A stretch of DNA of 64,000 nucleotides from Candidatus Brocadiia bacterium (GTDB lineage: Bacteria > Planctomycetota > Brocadiia > SM23-32), in contig JBKHIT010000015.1 of the NCBI GenBank assembly GCA_046538485.1, positions 1-64,000 of the forward strand, given 5' to 3'. The position numbers were made by a program, and so were the translations under genes. Below the pieces are notes generated by a model. It worked only from the letters and a program-made list of their open reading frames with translations, was not told the origin of the DNA and made no database searches. This document shows, one piece after another, positions 1 to 10,613 of this stretch. Position 1 is the first letter of the stretch. Each line of letters opens with the position of its first letter.

Positions 1-1600
1 ACACTCTGCAGCGACTGATCTCCCCCTGCTGCAACGCACTTTACCGAATGTTTACAGGTAAGGGGGTGTCAGTGCGTTGTAAGGTGACTTCGGCAGGGAG
101 GTTACGATGGATAATCATGAACCAGAGACGGTGGCGTTCTATACGCGAATCAGCACCGACGAGGACCACCAGAAGTACTCGCTCGGGGCGCAGCGGGAAC
201 GGCTGGAGGCGTTCTGCACCTCGCAGTTCGGGGACGAGTGGAAGCTGTTCAAGGTTTACCGGGATACCGAGAGCGGCAGCCACATGGACCGCCCGGGCCT
301 GAAGGAACTGCTGGACGACGTGCAGGCGCGCAGGTTCGATACGCTGCTGGTCTTCCGCGTGGATCGCCTCTCCCGCAAGGTGCGCGAACTGGCGCAGATG
401 GTGGACGAACTGACCAGCCACGACATCGACCTGAAAAGCATCACCGAGCCTTTCGACACGGCCAACGCCGCCGGCAAGATGATGCTGCAGATGCTGGGCG
501 TGTTCGCCGAGTTCGAGCACGCCACCATCGTCGAGCGCACGAAGGTCGGGATGGAGAAGAAGGCGAAGACCGGGGAGTTCGTGGGGGGCAACGTGCCGTA
601 CGGCTACGAACTCGACCCCGAGGAGGGCCTGGTCGTCAACGAGGAGGAGGCGGTGATCGTGCGCAAGATGTTCAAGATGTACACCTGCGCGCGGCAGGGC
701 GCCTCGGCGATCTGCAAGGATCTCAACGGGGAGGGCTGCCGCAACGGGAACGGCAGGAAATGGGGGCGGCGGTCGGTGCTCTACATGCTGAAGAACCCCG
801 TTTACGTGGGCAAGATTCGCTGGCGCGACGTGGAATACGAGGGGCAGCACGACCCCATCGTGTCGGAGGTGGCGTTCGAGAAGGCGCAGGAGATTCTGGA
901 GAAGCGCAACTCGCAGTCGCCGGGCAAGCGGTGGCACAACCGCGAGAGGCGCCTGCTGACCGGCGTCATTCGCTGCGCCCGGTGCAAGAGCCACATGTTC
1001 GGCGGGGGCGGCCAGAAGAACGGCACGCACATCCCCTACTACGTGTGCTCGAAGCGATTCAACAAGCACGAGTGCGAGCAGGATTACGTGCGGGCCGAGA
1101 CGCTGGAAGAGGCGGTCATCCGGGACGTCACCACGATACTTCGCGACGAGCCGTTCTTGAACCGCATCCGGGCCGAGGCCAACCGGCGGCTCGGCGAGGA
1201 GAAGCCGGACATCGACCGGGAGATCGAGAAGATCGAGGGGGAGCTGGCCGAGGTGCAGGGGAAGATCGAGCGCTACCTGGGCGCCTTCGAGGATGGGACG
1301 CTCAGGCCGGCGCTGTGCAACGAGAAGCTTGAGGACCTGAACGCGCGGGTGGAAGAGCTTGAGGACGCGAAGCAGGGGATGGAGGCCAGGCGTGGGCGCC
1401 TGGAGCTGCCGGCCATCGACGGGGAGATGATGGCGGCCCTGGTGGAGAACTTCGAGCAGGTAATGGCCGACGGCACGAACCCACAGAAAAAGCACCTTCT
1501 TCAGCAGGTGGTAAAGAAGGTGCTGGTTCACGACCGTCAGACCATCGAGGTCTGGTATTGTTTACCGGCGCCAGCGTCGGGTTGCGAACACTGGGAAGGT
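1..1600. mobile_element. Edge of an integrative element/genomic island inserted at the 3' end of tRNA-Asn (continues left of the window)
   Basis: Integrase abuts and overlaps the tRNA CCA end; base composition shifts at about 1600-1680. Confidence 0.7.
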
Positions 1601-1642
1601 TGGCTCCCCGGGGAGGACTCGAACCTCCAGCCTAGCGGTTAA
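107..1642 (+). CDS. Large serine recombinase/integrase (resolvase + recombinase + Zn-ribbon + coiled coil)
   Basis: Catalytic YTRIST, DRLSR and GVFAEFE motifs; PYGY; LKNPVYVG; LLTGVIRCARC...YYVC Zn-ribbon; GGGAGG RBS before ATG 107; visibly GC-richer than downstream DNA. Confidence 0.93.
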   Translation: MDNHEPETVAFYTRISTDEDHQKYSLGAQRERLEAFCTSQFGDEWKLFKVYRDTESGSHMDRPGLKELLDDVQARRFDTLLVFRVDRLSRKVRELAQMVDELTSHDIDLKSITEPFDTANAAGKMMLQMLGVFAEFEHATIVERTKVGMEKKAKTGEFVGGNVPYGYELDPEEGLVVNEEEAVIVRKMFKMYTCARQGASAICKDLNGEGCRNGNGRKWGRRSVLYMLKNPVYVGKIRWRDVEYEGQHDPIVSEVAFEKAQEILEKRNSQSPGKRWHNRERRLLTGVIRCARCKSHMFGGGGQKNGTHIPYYVCSKRFNKHECEQDYVRAETLEEAVIRDVTTILRDEPFLNRIRAEANRRLGEEKPDIDREIEKIEGELAEVQGKIERYLGAFEDGTLRPALCNEKLEDLNARVEELEDAKQGMEARRGRLELPAIDGEMMAALVENFEQVMADGTNPQKKHLLQQVVKKVLVHDRQTIEVWYCLPAPASGCEHWEGWLPGEDSNLQPSG

Positions 1643-1676
1643 CAGCCGCCCGCTCTACCAATTGAGCTACCGGGGA
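1601..1676 (-). tRNA. tRNA-Asn (GTT)
   Basis: Reverse complement TCCCCGGTAGCTCAATTGGTAGAGCGGGCGGCTGTTAACCGCTAGGCTGGAGGTTCGAGTCCTCCCCGGGGAGCCA: 76 nt, 7-bp acceptor stem, GTT anticodon, GTTCGA T-loop, encoded CCA. Confidence 0.97.
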
Positions 1677-1688
1677 AACGAAACATGT

Positions 1689-1716
1689 ATTCTAACATTC
1701 CATGCCATGATTGCAA
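1689..1716 (-). promoter_or_regulatory. Sigma70-like promoter of tRNA-Asn
   Basis: TTGCAA-16 nt-TAGAAT with extended TGn, 12 nt upstream of the tRNA 5' end. Confidence 0.6.
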
Positions 1717-2096
1717 ACTCAAGCACGATTATGGGCGCTGTCAGTCAGAAATAATACCGCCCAAAAAAATTCGGTCACCCGGCGTTCTGCCCGCAATTGT
1801 CGCCCAACCGGCCTGGCCTGAGCCCTGGTAATACCCCGGATGTTCTTCCATTCCGGGGATACTGGCTGCCCGGTTGTGTGTCTGAAAAGGTTTGTGGCAA
1901 CGGGAACTCTACAGTAGAATAAAAATAAGCATATTAGTTTCCAACCGAACGCTGAAATATTGAACGGGGAGATCGGATGAGAAACATGTTTTCGCTTCTC
2001 AAATCGCTCGATACTATTAATAATCCCTCATTTCCCCTTGCCCGGTGTAATATAGCCTCCGTAAAACGGAAAGAGGAACGTTTTCCCGGGACAGCG

Positions 2097-2660
2097 ATGA
2101 TTTTGCGGCGGGCAGCGGGCTTCACTCTGATTGAGCTGCTTGTTGTCATCGCAATCATCGCCATCTTGGCGGCATTGCTGATGCCGGCCCTGGAACGTGC
2201 CCGACAGGCCGCGAGGAGGACGGCCTGTCTGAATAATTCGCACCAGACATACCTGGGACTGCTGCAGTGGGTTTTGGATGAGAACGATGACCTGCCGAGT
2301 CTGCGCAACCCGCCGCCGGGGGAAACACAGTATTGGCGCGGCACGACCTTCGAATATTATCAGCGCTACCTCGCCGACAAATATCTGGGCGGTTACGACG
2401 CCCTGAAATGCCCCTCTTCGAAAGCTCTCTTTAAACCGGGGAATGTCTGGTTCTACGGGTATTACAGCCATATGGGTTTCACCGGTTTCCCCGATTACCA
2501 GTATTCATTCTGGGATAACAAGAGCTGGGGGCGGGGACACTGGGATGCATACCCAGACCACCGCATCAACGTGAATAAGGATTCCGAACTCGGCAGCGGG
2601 AGTGGGTGCTACAATGACACCGTAAAACGCTACTGGATGGATTATATCCACGAAAAATAA
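2097..2660 (+). CDS. Prepilin-type N-terminal cleavage/methylation domain protein (DUF1559-like), short and lacking the H-X9-DG motif
   Basis: [29 protein letters not shown]...CLNN; YL...LKCPS; start taken at ATG 2097. Confidence 0.85.
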   Translation: MILRRAAGFTLIELLVVIAIIAILAALLMPALERARQAARRTACLNNSHQTYLGLLQWVLDENDDLPSLRNPPPGETQYWRGTTFEYYQRYLADKYLGGYDALKCPSSKALFKPGNVWFYGYYSHMGFTGFPDYQYSFWDNKSWGRGHWDAYPDHRINVNKDSELGSGSGCYNDTVKRYWMDYIHEK

Positions 2661-3257
2661 AACGGTGTTTTTTTGAGCTCATGATCATTTCCCCGTGCGA
2701 TTTTTCCCTGGTTGAGACTACTGAGCGTACACCGGCCGGGAAGTACCTTGATTTTGTTTGCAAGGCTTCCTGAAAACGAGACGATAGAACGACCGAACAA
2801 TTCTCCGTTGTGTGAGGGAAGAGGCAAACGGGGCAAATTCAATTGTACGCGCTGAAAGTGAGGAACGGGACAACAACGAATTTTATAGTTGCGCTTCAGG
2901 GGGAATTGTGCTATTATAATAGTAATTGCGTGCCTGTGTGTCCAGCGGTACCGGACTCAAACCGGGACGGCGGAGCGGCGCAGAGGCGGTTTTTTGTCAC
3001 TTTGCAGGGGTGTTGCACGTTGCCGAAAAGGGGTTTTCTCCGAACAGGCTTAGACGTGTCCACTTTCCGTATTGTGGATTCCCTCCTCCAAACGACGGAT
3101 GCATCTCATTTGATGCACTGACTCAGTGTCGAACCACCTCCAGAACGCTCCCAATACCCGCGCTTGTCCATCGCCGCACGCCGGCCCATCTCGGGCCCGG
3201 ATGCCATGGCGCGTTCGTTCGAATCAGACGTTCTTTTCATATTACGAGGTTTACGCA

Positions 3258-3461
3258 ATGGCAAGAGGAAAAGTCAAGTGGTTTAGCGACCAAAAAGGTT
3301 ACGGTTTCATAGAGCCGGACGACGGTAGCGAAGACGTTTTCGTTCACTACAGTGACGTCGAAGGTTCTGGTTTCAAATCTTTGGGCGAAGACGACGAGGT
3401 CGAGTTCGAGATCGGCCAGTCGGAAAAAGGCCCAAGAGCTACAAACGTCACTAAAGTATAG
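3258..3461 (+). CDS. Cold-shock protein (CspA family)
   Basis: GKVKWF..KGYGFI (RNP1) and DVFVHYS (RNP2); GAGG RBS. Confidence 0.96.
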   Translation: MARGKVKWFSDQKGYGFIEPDDGSEDVFVHYSDVEGSGFKSLGEDDEVEFEIGQSEKGPRATNVTKV

Positions 3462-3485
3462 ACGCTAAAGGCTCTAAGCTATATC

Positions 3486-3525
3486 AGGCGCCGTCGTGTG
3501 GAGGGACACAACGGCGCCTTTTTTT
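3486..3525 (+). terminator. Rho-independent terminator after csp
   Basis: AGGCGCCGTCGTGT...ACACAACGGCGCCT hairpin followed by a T-run. Confidence 0.85.
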
Positions 3526-3613
3526 ATGTACCCTTTTGTGGTCTGTACAAACTCATGGTAAGCTTTTGTTGGTGTGGTAACCTTCGAAACGTCTTCCCAG
3601 AAGGAACGACAGT

Positions 3614-5062
3614 ATGAAACAACTTGCCGAAGCAGCACTCGAAGAAATTAATCGCGAGGGGATCGAGTACGGGGATATCCGAATTGTCGAAAAAAGGATC
3701 AGCTCGATATCAGTCCGTGATGATTCCGTAAAATCCCTTTCCGAAAGCGAAAACGCAGGTTACGGGATCCGTGTCCTCTACGATGGAGCCTGGGGATTCG
3801 CGAGCGGAACCGTGATGGAAAAAGAAAAGGTGGCAAAAACCACGCGGCGTGCCATTGAGGTAGCACGAGCGTCCGGGAAAGTCCCTTCAGAACCTGCTGT
3901 GGAGATGGTAAAGGCACAACCTGCATCCGCAACCCGCGCGGGCCCGTGTGCGGAAGATCCGTTCGAGGTGCCGGTGGAACAACAAGCCGAACTTTTGCTA
4001 TCAGCCTGTGACCGTATGCTTGGGGTCGAAAATATTGTGAAAACATCTGGATCGCTCCGTTTCGAACGGCGCCGTCGGTTCATCGCCAATACCGATGGAA
4101 GTTACCTCGACCTGACGAATTATTTCACATTGCCAGGTCTGCAAGCTACCGCCGTTGTGGGGGATGAATCCCAGACCCGAAGTTACCAGGGCGGAGGACG
4201 TCAGGCGGGCTATGAATATGTCCGGGAAATCGATTTTGAAGGGAAAGCAAAACGGTGGGCTGAAGAAGCAGTTTTGAAAGCCAAAGCCGATCCATCCCCC
4301 GAAGGAGTTATGGATCTCGTTCTGGATCCGGATAATCTGGGCCTGACCATGCACGAATCCGTGGGCCATCCCACGGAATCTGACCGGATCCTCGGCTGGG
4401 AAGCGAATATGGCCGGAAAAAGCTTCGTCGAGCTTTCGGATGTGGGATCGCTCCCGTACGGCAGCGAACTGGTCAATTTCACTGTCAACAATCAGCTGGA
4501 AGGGGGCGTCGGGAGCTGGTTCTATGATGATGATGGCGTTCGAATGCAGAAATTCCCCCTCATCAAGGACGGAATTCTCGTCGATTTGAGTGTGACACGG
4601 GAGACGGCACCGCTTCTGGGACGAGACAGTTCGAACGGATGCTGCCGGGCGTCGGGGTTCTCAAATTTCCCAATCAATCGTATCCCCAATTTGTATCTCG
4701 AACCTGGTCCCGACGAAGAAACGAGTCCGGAAGATCTTATTGCTGACATTGAACGCGGCATCTATATCGAAGGTCGCGGGAGTTTCTCCATCGACCAGAT
4801 GAGGCGCAATTTCCAGTTCGGGGGCGATATGTTCTGGTTGATCGAGAATGGCCGGCGCGTCCAGCCGTTGAAAAAAGTGACATATCAGGCGCAGACCACC
4901 GACTTCTGGGGCAGTTGCGATGCAATGGCGGGAGTCAAATACTGGCGACCGCACGGTATCATGAGCTGCGGAAAAGGGGAACCGTCCCAGCGAATGTACA
5001 TGACACACGGCGCAAGCCATTGCCGTTTTCGAGATATTACCGTGGGAGCTGCCAAAAAATGA
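3614..5062 (+). CDS. tldD: TldD-family metalloprotease
   Basis: GYGIRVL..GAWGFAS; HESVGHPTESDR (HExxxH); YDDDG; C-terminal CGKGEP. Confidence 0.92.
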   Translation: MKQLAEAALEEINREGIEYGDIRIVEKRISSISVRDDSVKSLSESENAGYGIRVLYDGAWGFASGTVMEKEKVAKTTRRAIEVARASGKVPSEPAVEMVKAQPASATRAGPCAEDPFEVPVEQQAELLLSACDRMLGVENIVKTSGSLRFERRRRFIANTDGSYLDLTNYFTLPGLQATAVVGDESQTRSYQGGGRQAGYEYVREIDFEGKAKRWAEEAVLKAKADPSPEGVMDLVLDPDNLGLTMHESVGHPTESDRILGWEANMAGKSFVELSDVGSLPYGSELVNFTVNNQLEGGVGSWFYDDDGVRMQKFPLIKDGILVDLSVTRETAPLLGRDSSNGCCRASGFSNFPINRIPNLYLEPGPDEETSPEDLIADIERGIYIEGRGSFSIDQMRRNFQFGGDMFWLIENGRRVQPLKKVTYQAQTTDFWGSCDAMAGVKYWRPHGIMSCGKGEPSQRMYMTHGASHCRFRDITVGAAKK

Positions 5063-6354
5063 AAACCGAAAAACAAGCCAGAGAACTCACGCAATCCGCG
5101 CTCGATCAGGTAAAGGCCGATCATGCTGAGGTCCGCTATTACTGGCATCGATCGCTGAATACCCGATTTGCTGAAAATGCTATCACGCAGAACATGTCCG
5201 GTGAAGCCGAAGGGATCAACATCTCTGTTGCGTTTGGAAACCGGCATGGCTCGGCGAGCACCAACAAGCTGGACAGAGAATCGATAGGAACCCTGGTGGA
5301 TCGGGCGGAAAAACTCGCGCGAGTATCGCCCGAGGATCCCGAATATGTGCCACCGCCGCAACCCGCCGAATATCCGGAAGTACCACAGCGGTTTTACCCT
5401 GAGGTGCTGGATTTAAACGCTGGAAGTGTTGCGACCGAAGTCCAGAATGTGGTTGCAATAGCCGAGAAAAACAGTTTCAACGCCAGCGGTATGTTCGGGG
5501 CGGGCGGCTCAGCAAGCGCACTTGCCAATAACAAAGGGCTTTTTGCTTGCGATCAACACTCAGGACTTGGCTATTCTCTGACCATGCACGGACGAGCAGG
5601 GAGTGGATCGGCCTCCGGTTACGCTGAGAATCCACAACAGATCAAGGCCGAACACCTTGCGGAGACGGCTGCCGAAACTGCTTGCGCTTCACAGGACCCG
5701 GATCCCATTCAGCCGGGCGACTATGATGTTGTTTTTGAACCCCGGGCAACGGTCGATCTGCTTATGTTTCTCATCCGCAATCTGAGCGCGCGGGATGCTG
5801 ACGAAGGCACGAGTCCGTTTGCAGGTAAAAAAGGGGAAAAACTGTTTGCTGATAATGTGACAATACTCTCTGACCCGACCGACCGCGATGTACCGTGCCG
5901 GGGTTTCGATGGGCAGGGGCTTCCCGTCCGTAAACAATACTGGGTCCGCGACGGTGTCCTTGAACGTCTGCGTTACAGTCGATACTGGGCCCGTGAGAAA
6001 GGTGAAGAACCCGATCCGGGGATCTCACAGGTTCTGATGCGGGGCGGCAACAAGACGACGGAAGAACTGATATCCGAATGCGGGCAGGGACTGCTGGTCA
6101 AACGGCTTTGGTATCTGAGGTATGTCGATCGCAAAGATCTTCTGGTGACCGGTCTGACGCGGGATGGTTTGTTCCAGATCGATGACGGCCGGGTTGTGGG
6201 ACCGGTTCGAAACCTTCGTTTCAACGAATCGCCTGTGATATTCCTCCGCAACGCGGAAGCCATGGGACCGGCGAAAAGGGTCAGTGGATGGGCAAAAGTC
6301 CCCGCCGTTCTGAGCCGCAATTTCACGTTCAGCTCCGGTACGGAATCGGTTTGA
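5059..6354 (+). CDS. TldE/PmbA-family protein
   Basis: ATGA overlap with tldD; TRFAENAITQN, PGDYDVVFEP, TGLTRDG, NLRFNESP; no HExxxH. Confidence 0.88.
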   Translation: MKTEKQARELTQSALDQVKADHAEVRYYWHRSLNTRFAENAITQNMSGEAEGINISVAFGNRHGSASTNKLDRESIGTLVDRAEKLARVSPEDPEYVPPPQPAEYPEVPQRFYPEVLDLNAGSVATEVQNVVAIAEKNSFNASGMFGAGGSASALANNKGLFACDQHSGLGYSLTMHGRAGSGSASGYAENPQQIKAEHLAETAAETACASQDPDPIQPGDYDVVFEPRATVDLLMFLIRNLSARDADEGTSPFAGKKGEKLFADNVTILSDPTDRDVPCRGFDGQGLPVRKQYWVRDGVLERLRYSRYWAREKGEEPDPGISQVLMRGGNKTTEELISECGQGLLVKRLWYLRYVDRKDLLVTGLTRDGLFQIDDGRVVGPVRNLRFNESPVIFLRNAEAMGPAKRVSGWAKVPAVLSRNFTFSSGTESV

Positions 6355-6680
6355 CAGGAGGTTTCAAATGGGGGGCAGCTGTGAGCCATTCGCGTTGGTC
6401 AGAAACATTGGGACAGTCGGGACAGAGCAATAGCCAGGAAAAGTTTTTAGCACAAAGACGGTGTCGTTGCTCTCGGATCCCGTCCCCGTTTGCTTGGGAG
6501 ACATGAGCGGACTGGACTTCAGCCGGAGGCTGGAGTGCAGAACGCGGTGCGGCAGCTCTTGAGCAATTTCCGAAATAGCGGCAGTTCTCGGCCTTTGAAA
6601 CTTCCCGGAATATACCCCGGCCTCACGTATCCGTGAACAGCGAAAACCTGAATCCATTTATCCGGGTCTTTGACCCGGTT

Positions 6681-6704
6681 CACAGCCTGGAGAGGCTGTG
6701 CCAC
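6681..6704 (-). repeat. REP-like hairpin (GTGG foot)
   Basis: CACAGCCT-GGAG-AGGCTGTG followed by CCAC. Confidence 0.55.
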
Positions 6705-6941
6705 ATGGTTTTTTTTAACCGTCCTACCTCCTGGCTTGCAGGGATGGGATAGGGGCGTGAAGTCGTGAAGATGGCCTGGGGACGACCTGGCTTTTTAGTA
6801 CAATGCGGGTGTCGCTGGCAGCGCCCCCCCCCGCGGCCTTGTGTCGCGGGGGAAAGAGATTGAAGGGCTAAGCGGGAAGAAATAAGTCCATGAAGGTTTT
6901 AGTAATACCGGGTGAATCGGGTTGAGACTGTAACATATGTC

Positions 6942-6979
6942 CACGGACAAGGCGAACAGACGCCTTGTCCGTGCCACCC
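6942..6979 (-). repeat. REP-like hairpin (GTGG foot)
   Basis: Perfect 13-bp stem CACGGACAAGGCG/CGCCTTGTCCGTG followed by CCACCC; degenerate inverse copy at 51876-51915. Confidence 0.6.
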
Positions 6980-7267
6980 GAAAAGAAAACATATTTTCTT
7001 CCGCCCGGTTAGAAACCGCTACCACTCCGCATCGGCCCCCACGGGCTTGTCCCGGCGGCGAGGAGAAAGGTTTTTTGCTCTCACCCGCACTTCTGCAAGA
7101 TTTGCCCGCCTCAAGTCCAGTTTCGCCCGCCGCTGGCGAGCCCGGCTGAACTCGAGTCCCAATTCCCTTGGGGGAAAATATCTCACTCCCACGAGGGGGG
7201 GGATGGGGATCCTTGTGTTTCAAGCTACCACGCGGCTCTAAGCTCGTTTTCCTCAGGCGGCGTGTGT

Positions 7268-8348
7268 TCAGTAATCGAGCGCGTAGCGCACGAGGAGCTG
7301 CATTTTCACTTTCTGCCCGCCATAGTGATGTGGTGAGTCGTAGCCGGGCTCTCCATTTTCGAAACGGCTGTATCCATAGGGCCCGGACGGATAATAAGGA
7401 ATGGCACCGCCCCGGACCGAATTGTACGTATCGACCCAGCCTTTCATAGCGTCTTCGCCAAACCAGCGTGCGCTGCCGTCAATCATAACCCCGTTGCATC
7501 CGGGTTGGATCCCATCCCATGCGTGGGGTTTTAGACCGGCGCCGCGCAGGCAGGCGAACATCAGGGAGGAATAATCGTATCGGACATCGGTGATCGGACT
7601 GTGGATTTTGTTCTGTATTTCGGTGAAGGTGGGGTGGTACCAGTGCTCTTCAATTCTGTAAGTGCCGGCAGGACTGGGATCCTCGGGAGGCCAGCCAGGG
7701 GGACTGTCTTTCCAGTCGAGACCGTGTAGAAAGCTGGCATAGCCGGTTGGACACGCCGAATCCGACCATGGATTGGCGGGGGCACCTTCCTGCAGTCGTT
7801 TCCAGTAATAGTTGTCCTTCCAATCCAGCCATTTACGACTTGTATAGTCACCCATTTTCCGCCGGGTATCGGGACAATAGACGGCATCCGGAGCTCCCAG
7901 ATAGTCTCTGGCGAGCAGACCGTTCGCCGTGAGTCGCCAGGCGGTGACGCCTCCGGTGGAAACGGCGTAGTATCGAGCGCGGGCGTGGCAGGGAGCCGTT
8001 GCCTCCCGAAGCTCCACTTTGGGTGGGGAAGAAATACTTTGAGATCTTTTTGGAGGGGTTTTCGCTTGTTGTCGACGGGCCGCAGTTTCCTCCCCCGCAC
8101 CAATTCGCATACCAATCAATGCCCCTCGGCACCCGTCCCCCGTGGTCCTGTCCGAAGAGATGCGATCCCAATCCCCACTGTTCCATATTGTGAAGACACA
8201 GAGCGCGTTTAGCAGTCCAGCGTGCTCGTTCCAGCGCCGGCATCAGCATGGCGGCGAGGATTGCGAGAATGGCGATGACAACGAGCAATTCAATAAGCGT
8301 AAAAGCGTTTTTAAGACAAGCGGTCTGACATCTCTTGGATCGCTCCAC
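7268..8348 (-). pseudogene. Prepilin-type / H-X9-DG protein split by one frameshift (pseudogene or sequencing indel)
   Basis: GTG start 8348 after GAGGAG gives [17 protein letters not shown]...CLHN; the family C-terminal half ([14 protein letters not shown]...GCNGVMIDGSARW) is in another frame (ORF 7268..8119); switch near 7960-8050. Confidence 0.8.
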
Positions 8349-8379
8349 TGATCGGTCTCCTCTTCTATCGTTGAACTTG

Positions 8380-9456
8380 TTATTTTTTGCGAAATCCTTT
8401 CCAGGCGTCGTCGAAAAACGTCCACCAGGCCTGGTCATCGGCGTAATATCCCCAGAGTTTGCTGTTGGGGGTTTCAATATTTGGAAAATGTTCGACATGT
8501 CCATCGACAAAGGTAGCATTCGAGCCTCCTCCATGTCTGGGTGTGGCCCAGAAACCATATATCGAGTAACTCGGGACACCGGGGCTGAACCATGTGCTGT
8601 TGACCGGTGCGGGGTATCGATTGATGCCCGAGGAATCGCGCTGGTCGTGTCCTTCGCAGCCGCCGTCGATGTAAAGCATTCTCTGGGCTGGTTTGCTTAC
8701 GCTTGACAATGCGTAAGGGACATTTCTCAGGGCAGGATAGGATCCCCAACTTCCGTAGTAGGCGCTGTCGGCGCAGACCGGGTTATAATTCGGAAATCCA
8801 TTGCGTGTCGTGATATAATCCTGGTAACCACCGCCTGTGTGTCCCTCTCCGACTGTTTCGGGGCAGTCGAATATCGAATTAACATGGAATTGCTTTCGCC
8901 CGGACGGGCCGGTGCATCCAATGCTCCAATCAATGATGTCCTGTCCTATTTCGGCACGTCCAAAACCCCGATAATTGTACTGCTTCAGGTAATCTGCGAA
9001 ATTTCCGTCCATTTCGTAACGCACATAATCGTGCCAGGAAAGTCCCCTGTAGGCATACCGGTTGCTGCATTGCCAGTGGGTGTAAGGAGGAGAGTTGTCG
9101 CATCGCGTCCAGGCCAGACGCGGCGGTTGTTTTCTGCCATAATTGTCCTGGAAAATCGCAAATCCCAGAAAAATCTCTTTTTGATTGTGAATGCAGGACA
9201 CTGATCGGGCGGCCGCGCGCGCTCTCTCCAGGGCCGGCATGAGCATAGCTGCGAGGATTGCGATGATGGCGATCACCACGAGCAGTTCAATAAGCGTAAA
9301 GCCTGCATCTTCGCGTTTCCTTATTGCCTTGAGCTTGTCGAAGGGCAGTTCGCCCAGAGGAAAAGTTGACCGATCGGCGTATAGGGACGCTCGCACATCC
9401 CCAACATTAATTTCAGTCTGTCCTGATGTTGCTTTTGATAGGATTTTAGAACGCAT
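8380..9456 (-). CDS. Prepilin-type N-terminal cleavage/methylation + H-X9-DG domain protein (DUF1559-like)
   Basis: [47 protein letters not shown]; start uncertain. Confidence 0.9.
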   Translation of the reverse strand: MRSKILSKATSGQTEINVGDVRASLYADRSTFPLGELPFDKLKAIRKREDAGFTLIELLVVIAIIAILAAMLMPALERARAAARSVSCIHNQKEIFLGFAIFQDNYGRKQPPRLAWTRCDNSPPYTHWQCSNRYAYRGLSWHDYVRYEMDGNFADYLKQYNYRGFGRAEIGQDIIDWSIGCTGPSGRKQFHVNSIFDCPETVGEGHTGGGYQDYITTRNGFPNYNPVCADSAYYGSWGSYPALRNVPYALSSVSKPAQRMLYIDGGCEGHDQRDSSGINRYPAPVNSTWFSPGVPSYSIYGFWATPRHGGGSNATFVDGHVEHFPNIETPNSKLWGYYADDQAWWTFFDDAWKGFRKK

Positions 9457-9472
9457 TTTTAAAACTCCGGCT

Positions 9473-10552
9473 TCAAGCAGGTGGAGGCGCTGTTGATTTT
9501 CCTTCGATAAGTTTTGTGGAAAGCACGGCGGTTTCATCGGGAGTTGATTCGCAGCTTCCGTTGAGTTGTTGTGAGAGGGTTTCAAGGCAGCGGCGCCCGA
9601 TCCCTGAGAGCGGGACTTTCACGGTGGTCAACGGGGGATAGCAGTGCCGTGCCACCTGTGTGCCATCGAAACCTACCACGCTGACGTCTTCGGGCACCGA
9701 AAGACCGTGGTCCATGAGGGCATGGACGATACCGATCGCCACTTCGTCGTTGTAGCCCAAAATCGCTGTGCATCCGGTATTTTCCCAATTCTGCGACAGC
9801 CACCGGTTCATGTTTTCCTCGGCGATTTGAGTGAAACTCTTTTCGCCGAAGGCGCCCTCACACGGCCGAGACCACTGGGGAGATGGTTCAATCCTGGATT
9901 TTCGAAGGCCGGACAGATATCCCGCGAAACGTTTTTCACCGAACTGGTTGTCGGAATCGATCATCAGAGATGCTATTTTTTCGTGTCCAAGCTTCACAAG
10001 GTGTGAAACGGCATTTTGAGCGCCGAGGTAGTCATCCGCTATGACACTTCTCATCCCGGGCCATTGGTAAAGCAGCGAGACGGTCGGTTTGTCGGATGCC
10101 GCATGGGGGAGGTTTGAATTCAACGGCTGGCTGACAATAAAACCGTCGGAGTTTTCAAGTGATACGTTTTGGGGGATTTCAGGAAGCAGCATGATGTCGA
10201 TATCATATTCGGTAGCGGCACCTCGAATTCCGTTGATGCATTCGAGCCAGTAGGGCGTCGCGCCGCTGAAACCTCGGCCGTAGCACCCTACCACCCAGCG
10301 GGCCGTTGCGGTATCTGGTTCGGCGACATAAACACCGCTTCCGCGGACGCGTCGAACGAGATCTTTGCCTTCGAGAAAGTCGTAGGCCCGGCTTATCGTG
10401 TTGGTAGCCGCCCCATACCGGTCCCGGAGGTCGCGAAAAGTCGGTAGACGGTCTCCTGGCTGCAGTTGGCCGCTATCCATGCGTTCCTGGAGTTTCTCGG
10501 CGAGTTCGTCTGCCGTGATATGCCCCGCTTGTTTTTGGGCGGACACTCTCAT
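9473..10552 (-). CDS. GntR-HTH / LacI-type sugar-binding transcriptional regulator
   Basis: PGDRLPT...RVRGSGVYV Gnt[35 protein letters not shown] effector domain. Confidence 0.9.
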   Translation of the reverse strand: MRVSAQKQAGHITADELAEKLQERMDSGQLQPGDRLPTFRDLRDRYGAATNTISRAYDFLEGKDLVRRVRGSGVYVAEPDTATARWVVGCYGRGFSGATPYWLECINGIRGAATEYDIDIMLLPEIPQNVSLENSDGFIVSQPLNSNLPHAASDKPTVSLLYQWPGMRSVIADDYLGAQNAVSHLVKLGHEKIASLMIDSDNQFGEKRFAGYLSGLRKSRIEPSPQWSRPCEGAFGEKSFTQIAEENMNRWLSQNWENTGCTAILGYNDEVAIGIVHALMDHGLSVPEDVSVVGFDGTQVARHCYPPLTTVKVPLSGIGRRCLETLSQQLNGSCESTPDETAVLSTKLIEGKSTAPPPA

Positions 10553-10613
10553 GGGGTTTTTGAAGTCAAAAGTAAGATCAATAATTAGAGTAAAAGGCAA
10601 TCACATTACTATT

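Noticed and set aside
41..1531. 496-aa antisense ORF and 364-aa alternate-frame ORF (238..1332) over the recombinase
   Set aside because: Shadow ORFs expected from high-GC codon bias; no motifs.
6980..7260. Possible IS remnant or small ORFs
   Set aside because: No transposase motif or matching inverted end could be identified.
2097..9456. TldD/PmbA plus flanking prepilin-like genes as a RiPP-type maturation system
   Set aside because: The genes are separated by csp, a terminator and opposite orientation. Prepilin leaders are cut by prepilin peptidase, and no precursor peptide or modifying enzyme is present.
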